DNA of 64,000 nt from Octopus sinensis. Taxonomy: Eukaryota. Where the stretch lies: contig NC_043008.1 in NCBI RefSeq assembly GCF_006345805.1, positions 27,094,001-27,158,000 on the forward strand, written 5' to 3'. This document shows positions 55,942 through 64,000 of the stretch, in pieces. The notes beneath the pieces were generated by a model. The model had not been told where the DNA came from. It saw only the letters and a program-made list of their open reading frames with translations, and did not search any database. A program made the position numbers and the translations under genes. Numbering within the stretch: position 1 is the first letter of the stretch; the number at the start of each line of letters is the position of its first letter.

Positions 55942-56715
55942 TAGGAGGAGCATGATTTACTGGTTAGTGTCATTTTCTGGTGATCGTAAGAATGTACTTT
56001 CGAGTCTAGGACTAGACAATGCATTGTGTTCTTGAATAAAACACTTCATTTCGCGTTGCTCCAGTCCACTAAACAGGAACAATGAGTAACTTCCGATATC
56101 CCTCCAGGTGGGAAATATATGCGCTACAGAATTCAGGAAATCTGCCTCATGAGCCTATGACTTATATCGGATCTTTGATCCCTTTGTGTAAAATTCATTT
56201 ACTAGCAACGCAAAAAGTGACATTGGTTGTCTTCAAATCATGTTACACCTGGTTTTATATCTTAATTTTCATTTTGTATTTCAGCTGTGAACGCTGGTTG
56301 ACTAACATAATAATTAGACATTTGAACACAATGCCTAGGGATATTTGAGCGGATGTTTTTGTTGTAAATTCACATTGCACTGAGCTCGACATTGCCTTTC
56401 CTCCCCTCGAGCTGATAATGGAGTCATGCGATTTTAATAGGCAACCGTTTCCGCACCAGCACGCAAAGGAATACTATAATAAAATAAAGCCCGTTACAGG
56501 GGATTTATGACAGGGAAAATGAGACATCTTCGGCTGACATCATTATTATTTTTAACAACCTATGTAATGATCTTCATATCACACCTACATGTTAGTCTTT
56601 ATAGACATTTGCTAGTACTAAGGTACTGACCGACACAATGCACAAACACACACCCTCGCCCCAAATGCTAATTATTTAAAAAAGATTAATTAAAGCAAAA
56701 CGATTTAGGGCCTCC

Positions 56716-56970
56716 TCCTTCTTCTTCTTCTTCTTCTTCTTCTTCTTCTTCTTCTTCTTCTTCTTCTCCTTCTCCTTCTTCTTCTTCTTTTTCTTCATCT
56801 TCTTCTTCTCCTTCTTCTTCTTCTTCTTCTTCTTCTCTTCTTCTTCTTCTTCTCCTTCTCCTTCTTCTTCTTCTTTTTCTTCATCTTCTTCTTCTCCTTC
56901 TTCTTCTTCTTCTTCTTCTTCTATTTCTTCTTCTTCTACTTCTTCCAGCTTCTTCTTCATTTTCTTCTTT
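56716..56970. repeat. (CTT)n polypyrimidine microsatellite
   Basis: Direct reading; source of the poly-E/K/R ORFs. Confidence 0.95.
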
Positions 56971-58399
56971 TTCCCCCCTCTCCTTCTTTGCCATTGTAAT
57001 CATCGTCTTCGATTTGTTGATATTCTTGCTATTACTGCGGTTGTTATCCTCTCCAAATGCTTCTTTGTCCCAGTCCCCCAACTTCTCTGTTAATGCATAA
57101 GTAGATCGTCTTGTTCCGCTTGGAAACTTTTGTGCAAACTGTTTCTTATATGAAGTAGTTATAGATTGTGCTACACTCTATTACTGTCGTTACCCGTTCA
57201 ATGTATATATCACTTCTGTCTTGCTACCTAATTATTATGCAGTCTCGGAGTTTCCAAAATTTCAAGGACTGATGCTGAAGAAAATTTCCGTCTATATCTT
57301 TTCACTGAATTCTTATTGGTAGTGATAAGATACCATCAGCACTCAAATGAGAATTGCTCGCATCTGCTGTACCGCTTCATTCAGAAGTCCCGGATTGAGT
57401 TGTAGAAACCTTTATATATAGTTGATAAACGAAAAGATCAGCTCTACATTTATTTTAATTATGTTTATGTACTTACTCTACAAAGTTAAATGGCTCAGCA
57501 AAAAGGGAGAAGATTACTTATTGGAGAGAACTGCGGTAGAGGTGAGAGAAACCAGGAGGCTGTCTGTGTCTTTCTTTCTTTCTCTGTGTTTTAAACACAC
57601 ACACAAACACAAATATACGTAATGTCAGAGTGAGAGAGGAGGAGGGAGAGAGAGAGAGACAGACAGTTTGGAAGACTAAGGGAGAGACAGTGAGAGAGAA
57701 AGAGGGTGAGAAAAAAGTGTTTTCCCGGAGGAGCTGCATAGTAGTTAGGGGTGGAAAGAGAAAGCTATTTACAGACATATTAATCACACCAGTTCACACA
57801 CACACACATGATATACTGCAAAGTGTCGTATTTTAAGTTGTTTGCAGAGACATCGGTGGGGATAGAATTTAATAGACGCAGTAATAATACTGGTGGGATA
57901 GTTGGAACGGGTGTGTAGACATTTTTAATTGTAATAATGATTTAATAATTGTCAATCACTTAACATATGCTATTTATTCCAATTAATTGCCCTTTCTTAA
58001 AACGAAAATTTTATGCTCCTTTATAGAATATAATTATAATTGAACCGCTGAATTGCTGCCAGCAAGAAAATGTTATGTCCCTTGATGCTGGCCGCAGTAT
58101 TTCCCACGATTCCAGTTCATAAAACGATAAAATAACGGATACACTGGATTTGCAAAAGAAGCCTCTAAGCTAGCTAAATCTAGAAGTAATGACGTAGGTT
58201 AAAGAATTTAATTAATGCAAAAAAAGTAATCACAAAAAAAAAGAATGCAAAAGTTTGCATAATTTTTTATTAACTAACCTTGAAGTCATTTAAGATTAGC
58301 ATAACTTATTTTTAGCGTTTATACAATTGAAAGCGTAAAATGTATCCATTATAGTAAGCATCTTTACCTCTAAAGCAACTATTTTGCATGCTGTGCAGG

Positions 58400-58760
58400 A
58401 AAATGATTGGTTTCAAAGCAGGTGTAACGTGCTGTCGATGAATTCGAGGCATAGGAGGAATGCAGGGAGCCCGCATGCATAAAAGTTTACAGGTTGTTTA
58501 CGCATATGAGATCATTGACAAGAGAGATGCGCACAGATGGATAAAGAAATATGAAGTAAGCGAAATCAGCACTGGAGAAAAACACGTAGTGGGAAGCTAT
58601 CAAATGTTACCACTGCTACGAATAACCAGCCACAAAACGAATTAATTGGTGCAGAGAGACAAGTTACTATCGGTGATCTTTTGCATAACTAGATTGTGGT
58701 CAGGCTCAAAGCATCACAAAAGATATAGGAAGATTTTGGGTACCGGAATGTGTAGTAAAA
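58400..58760 (+). pseudogene. Mariner transposase N-terminal fragment
   Basis: MHKSLQVVYAYEIIDKRDAHRWIKKYEVSEISTGEK-RSG...ELIGAERQVTI...LGYRNV. Confidence 0.65.
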
Positions 58761-60360
58761 CGGTTACATTACCAGTGAACGCTTTTCTGCTCCGCTAGAA
58801 GCGAAACCTGTTTGTAAGGTCACAACTTCGAAAATAAAAAAAAAGAAAAGAAAAGATCCGCAATTCAACTAAAAGCGTCAATTCTCTTCGCCAGTCATTC
58901 TACTTGATTTTCTGGCATATACTTTATCGTGAAGAACAAACGGTGCAATAAAACACTCAGAATCATCTGTAAGAAATAAAAAAAGATACCCATTCAAAAT
59001 GACAATAACCGTAGATAACTTTGGAAGAAAATGGGATCATTAGCAACTTGGTCTGGTGAGTGGCACCTATCCACCGTATTAGCCGGATATAACGATTTTC
59101 ACATCTAAATTCTAAGTCCAATTTGTCAAATAAAGGCCAATCTTCGCAGAAAATAATTTGATAACCGAAATGAGGAAATAGTATCTTTGAAAGTGGGTAT
59201 AAGTGCACAAATGAATTTCTTGAAAGTGGACTTGATTCAGTGATTGCAAAAATGATTGCTAGCTTGTAGGGGCATAGCTTATAGTATGTGGAATTGCGCC
59301 TTTATTTGGGGGAAGATTCTGTCTATTTACGCTCGCTTAATTCCTCATGAAGCCCACACAGTTGTGCATCTCTTCCGTCACTCTCTCCCTATATAAGAAC
59401 TTGTTAACAGTTCAAATATACGTGAGGGCTATTCGAACCCGTAAGAAAGCTTTTCAGTGTATTTTGTTACGGAGAAAATATCTTGCTGAAGACAAAAAGG
59501 TGTAGATACGGCGCACAGACGACTAACTTTCTCTCTCTCTCTCTAGTTTGTTGAAAGTGCACGTAAATTTGGAAAACTTGTAATTGTTTTTAAGTAAGTT
59601 TATTTACATATATACCATACAATTTCATCAATATTTTTTTGTTTGTCAATGGTAAAAATTTAGAATTATGAATTAGAAAAACATGTTTAAATGTTTCAAT
59701 GTTGACAAGTTTAAAAGTTCATAACAATCAATAATATAAAAACTGTAGATCATCTTGTTTAAATGCACAAAATTCAATAGTGTTAGTAGTGATCGACAAG
59801 AAATGAATATCATGAAAGTTTCAGTCATACCGAGTTAAGAGGGAGAAAAACAAGGGAGAAATAAAGATAGTAAAAAGACGGCTTTGGTTTACAGTTTCTG
59901 TGATTCTCTTTATATCGTGTACAGTAACTTTCACTTGTAACGCCGTTTATTGGAATCCAGTGTTTTTATAATTTTTTCCGCCAGTTGATCTGATTTTTGA
60001 TCTGTTAAAGTACTGGTGACGTCTTCTTTTTCTGGTGGTCAAGTTTGTGGTTCTGCTTGGTTGATTTCCTGTGGGGAACAGTCATCAGCCGTTCCAGTTG
60101 GTTGATTTTCTCACAGGGTCATTTTGTTGTATTTGCTGACATTCGGTTTTGATCGGAGGTAAAATTTCATTGGCCCAGAATTAGGTGGTGTCAGCAACTG
60201 GTGCTTGTATGGTGTTGCTGTTTGGTGATGTGGAGCTGCGGTTTCGAAACCCGGGTTGAAGACTGTTACTAAAGATTTTTAATTGTCTGTTGCATGTGGC
60301 TGTTTTTGTTGTGGAGAATTTGAGTCTTTTTCCTTTTCTCTTTAGTGTTTTATCTTCTTT

Positions 60361-61430
60361 CTAAAGGATATTAAGCATTGGTATATATATTTTAATGCAT
60401 AAAATTTCTTTATTTAAACTAAATTGTGTTGAATTGTTTCCAGTGCATAGATAGAGAGGGAAGATTTGGTATTTCGGGTTTATGTTTGCAGGGCATTGGT
60501 CTAATTGTTTGCTTCCGGGAATTTTTCTGGTCATGGGGTCCTGGATCTGTTGTCTGTGCGCTGTTAGTCTGTCCATGAAGGTTTAACTAGTTTAACCTAT
60601 GTAGTCTCCACCACACCCTCCACATTTGAGAACATAGATTAAGCTCTTCGAAGCATAGATGAAGTAATTTTTATGGTAAAAGTTTGACCTGACGTAAATT
60701 TGTATGTTGAGCCCTCTAAGGGGAAGATGCAAGTCCCGCAGTTGTGCGGTTGCACTTTTTGACTAGTGGGTTGCATTTTTGGTGGGTAATTTGGCGCTGT
60801 TGAGTAAATTTTAAGGGATTGCGGCTGCTTCTTGCTTTTAATTATCTTATGTGTTTCCAAGACCTGTTTCATTCGCAGGTCCTTCAGGGGCATGTTTTGG
60901 TGAATGATATTTTATTTCTTTACTACCCACAGGGGGCTAAAAATAGAGGGGACAAAGAAGGACAGACACAGGGATTAAGTCAATTACATTGACCCCAGTG
61001 CGAAACTGGTACTTTATTTATCGACCCCGAGAGGATGAAAGGCAAAGTCGACCTCGGTGGAATTTGAACTCAGAACGTAACGACAGACGAAATACCGCTA
61101 AGCATTTCGCCCGGCACGCTAACGTTTCTGCCAGCTCGCCGACTTAGCGGCGAATGATATTGTATGCTTCCATGTTCCGCAGATTGTGTGTTGATACGTA
61201 AGATAAAGTTTTAAGTGTGTCATGGTATTTTTTGTATTCTGTAACTCTCGGAGGTCTATCATTTTTGCAAGTTCTGTTTCTTTTTTGAATAAACTGGCCG
61301 CATATTTTCTATCTAATAATATGCTTTTAAGTTCTCGGAGTCGCTTTTCTCGGGTTTCAGGATTTGATGCAATCGTGCAAATCCTTCTTGCTAACTTGAA
61401 CGGTATATTTATTTTAATATGCTTTGAGTA
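60361..61430 (-). pseudogene. PLE thumb, Cys-rich linker and GIY-YIG pseudogene (Neptune-like linker)
   Basis: SKHIKINIPFKLARRICTIASNPETREKRLRELK; PHNCGTCIFPLEGSTYKFTSGQTF; LIYVLKCGGCGGDYIG*TS*TFMDRLTAHRQQI; ends MLNIL*. Confidence 0.88.
60911..61140 (-). mobile_element. tRNA-derived SINE family C with a Meta-like domain and 13-bp TSD
   Basis: Reverse complement GGCGAGCTGGCAGAAACGTTAGC...GAGTTCAAATTCC...GCCTTTCATCCTCTCGGGGTCGATAAATAAAGTACCAG; flanked by GGTGAATGATATT (60899) and GGCGAATGATATT (61149). Confidence 0.92.
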
Positions 61431-62350
61431 GCAGGAGGAGAATAGAATTCAGATTAAATAAGGGAAACAAATTCATTAAAAAATATAAAGCACAGCTGAA
61501 TATCTTTTAGAAACAAGAAAAAACACTAAAGAGGAGAACAAGAAACCTCTCCATAAAACAACAACCAGATACAACAGACAATTTTAGAAACTTTAGTAAC
61601 AGTTTTCAACCCTGCCTGTGAAACCACAACTCCAAATTACAATACAATAATAACATACAAACCCCAGTTGCTGACGTCACCTAACTCTAGACCCAGGAAA
61701 TTTTACCTCCGATAAAAATCGAATTTCAGCAAATAAAAGAAAATGATCTTTTGAGAAATTCAACCAGCTGGAAGCCAACCAAAAGGAACAATAAACTTGA
61801 CCACCAGAAAAGCAAGACCTCACCAGCACTTTAACGGATCAAAAATCAGATCCGTTCACAGAAAAATTTATAATTACACCGGTTTCCAACAAACGGCATT
61901 ACAAACGAATGTTCGGTGCACACGACGGAAAGAGAATCACAGAAATTGCAAAACAACCCCTATTTTCTTTTCTTCATATCTCCCTTGTTTTCTCCCTGTT
62001 AACTCGGTAAGACTGAAACTTTCATGATATTCATTTCTTGTCGATCACTAGTAACCCTATTGAATTTTGTGCATTTAAACAAGCTGATCTACAGTTTTTA
62101 TATCATTGATTGTTATGAACTTTTAAACTTGTTAATATTGAAACATTTAAACATGTTTTTCTAATTCATAATTCTAAATTTTTACCATTGAGAAACAAAC
62201 AAAAATATTAATGAAACTAGTTTGGTATATATGCAAATAAACTTTTTTAAAAACAATTACAAGTTTTCCAAATTTACGTGAATTTTCAACAGCAAAATTG
62301 CCGATACCGTTTCCTGCGTGGAAATACATTCTCTCCTTTGTTAATATATA

Positions 62351-62419
<69 letters not shown>

Positions 62420-62427
<8 letters not shown>

Positions 62428-64000
62428 AAATACACATTACGTACAGGACATCACCAACAAGCGAAAAATACGTAAACACACTATGTATTTTTCGTTCGTA
62501 GGTGATGTTCTGTACTTAATGGAGATTTAGTATACACCAGGTGCAAAATTATGAGTTGAAAATATGTGGAAGACGTATAAAAGTGGGAGAAAAATGCCTT
62601 CGCTTCACATAGTTTAATATCTTTTTATAAAGAAATGTTTAGAAAAATATATGCATATGTTATGGATGTCATGATATCCAACCGGTTTTCGCTATATAAA
62701 TTAGCTTTTCAAGAGACATCGTGAAGTAATCAATTCTTGTGACAAAACAGTCTCGCCATTTGTATTCTTCAAAAATAAGAATGAGTCTATAGAGTGGACC
62801 AAGGGAGGTAACAGGGGAAGACAACTAACTATTCAGTATAATTTTTGAAATGTTTAAGTTAGAATATTAAGGTGTGGTCTGTATTTTTGTATGAACAGGC
62901 TTTCCTTGTTTAGGCGTTCTTGTAAAGAGATTGAATGGTTGCATTGTTATAATGGAAATATTTGAAAATTTAGCGTTTTATATCTTGCGCATCTGACGAT
63001 ATGTTCGCTCAGGGCTATCTGCCAGTATTGAGGAAAACGGATCTGTTCTTTATGCAGCGTTACTCTGCGTCTCAAAGTAAGGCTCGTTTACTCCACATAA
63101 TTGTGGCCACAACTTGAGCAGGTTAAGACATAGATAAAGTTCTGGGAAGCGCATGTGAAGTTGGTCATAATTGAGAATTTTTCTCCTTTCTGAATTCCGA
63201 GCCTTCCGTCAGGTCTGGGCATGTACCACAATTAGATCGTCTTCATTTTTTAACTGTTGGTATCGTATTATTGAGTATAGTTTTGTATTTGCTGGGAGTC
63301 TCGTGAGTGATTTGTGTTGTCTTTTGCATTTGAGGAGTTTATGTGTATTTAGGCTGTTGTTCATTTTCAGGTCTTAAGTGAGCAGAGGGAGATTTTGTTT
63401 AATTGTATGCTTCATTTTTTCTGGGGCTGTGGATTGATATATATAGGAGTGATTTAAAATGAGGTGTGGTGTTTTGTTTTGTTGTCCTTAGTGTGTTTGT
63501 ATCCAATTTTTTGGCGCGTTCAATTCCATGGTCTATAAGTGCGGGTGGGTATTGACGTTCAATGAGTATTATTTCGAGGTCTTTTAGGCGAAGTTCCTCA
63601 GTGGCTGTTTCAGATACAATTGTACAGATCCTTTTAGCTAGATTGAATGGAATCTTAATTTTGGCGTGTTTAGGATGGCATAAACTGAAAAGGAGATACT
63701 GTTTTGAGTCTGTTGGTTTGTTGTAGACGTCAGTTGCAATTGGACTGTTGGAGTTTTTATAATCAAAAAGTCCAGAAAATTGAAATATTCCTTGCTATAT
63801 TCCATTGTAAATTGAATATTGGAGATTATATTGTTTAGTGTGGATTTGGCATCCAGGAGTTTATCATAGGTTTCATTCCAGATGATAAAACAATCGTCTA
63901 GGTACCTTTTCTAGTTTTCTCTTATATACTGGTGGAATGGGGACCCACATTTTTGGAGTGAAAGTTCATATAGGGTAGATTCAAAGAAACCCATTATTAG
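62420..64000 (-). mobile_element. PLE running off the window end: RT, thumb, GIY-YIG and 3' tail
   Basis: LIMGFFE, RYLDDCFIIW (63893-63907), IQFTME, FLDF, YNKPTDSKQYL..HPKHAKIKIPFNLAKRICTIVS, SNCGTCP, FIYVLTCSSCGHNYVE*TSLTLRRRVTLHKEQI; ORF ends at 62854. Stops and frameshifts present. Confidence 0.92.

Larger units (their letters stand above)
59549..62291 (-). mobile_element. 5'-truncated PLE with ~850-bp 3' pLTR and inverted 5' pLTR copy
   Basis: Arm 59549-~60430 is the reverse complement of ~61443-62291. Between them lies a thumb/CxxC-linker/GIY-YIG remnant interrupted by a SINE. Confidence 0.88.

Noticed and set aside
56676-57081. Poly-Glu/Lys/Arg ORFs
   Set aside because: (CTT)n microsatellite.
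59100-59240. LINE RT motif-A-like LRRK*FDNRNEEI
   Set aside because: Too short and degenerate to support.

Overview
Strongly AT-rich, microsatellite-dense eukaryotic nuclear DNA. The SINE families look octopod/coleoid cephalopod-like (inference from recalled repeat sequences, not from a search). I could not confidently identify any intact protein-coding gene; the long IYIY/LLLL/NNNN ORFs in the track are microsatellite artefacts. The window is a transposon graveyard: at least 5 Penelope-like element (PLE) remnants (RT thumb plus GIY-YIG), at least 8 distinct mariner remnants or MITEs, a Ty3/gypsy pol fragment, a probable RTE LINE fragment, and several tRNA-derived SINE families. The main signal is a set of type I hammerhead ribozyme (HHR) motifs from at least 5 unrelated sequence families. 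Three have a fully intact core and all three stems (2225-2283 minus, 15904-15967 minus, 16398-16461 plus), and the last two show a compensatory base-pair swap. Nearly all HHRs sit in outward-pointing fold-back pairs of PLE pseudo-LTR (pLTR)-like units. One family fuses a tRNA-derived Pol III promoter, an (AAT)n/(AAC)n tract and an HHR, and occurs both attached to a PLE ORF (24295-25791) and ORF-less (22064-22495), suggesting a PLE-mobilised ribozyme-SINE. Element boundaries are read by eye and may be off by a few bases; degenerate-element boundaries are approximate.
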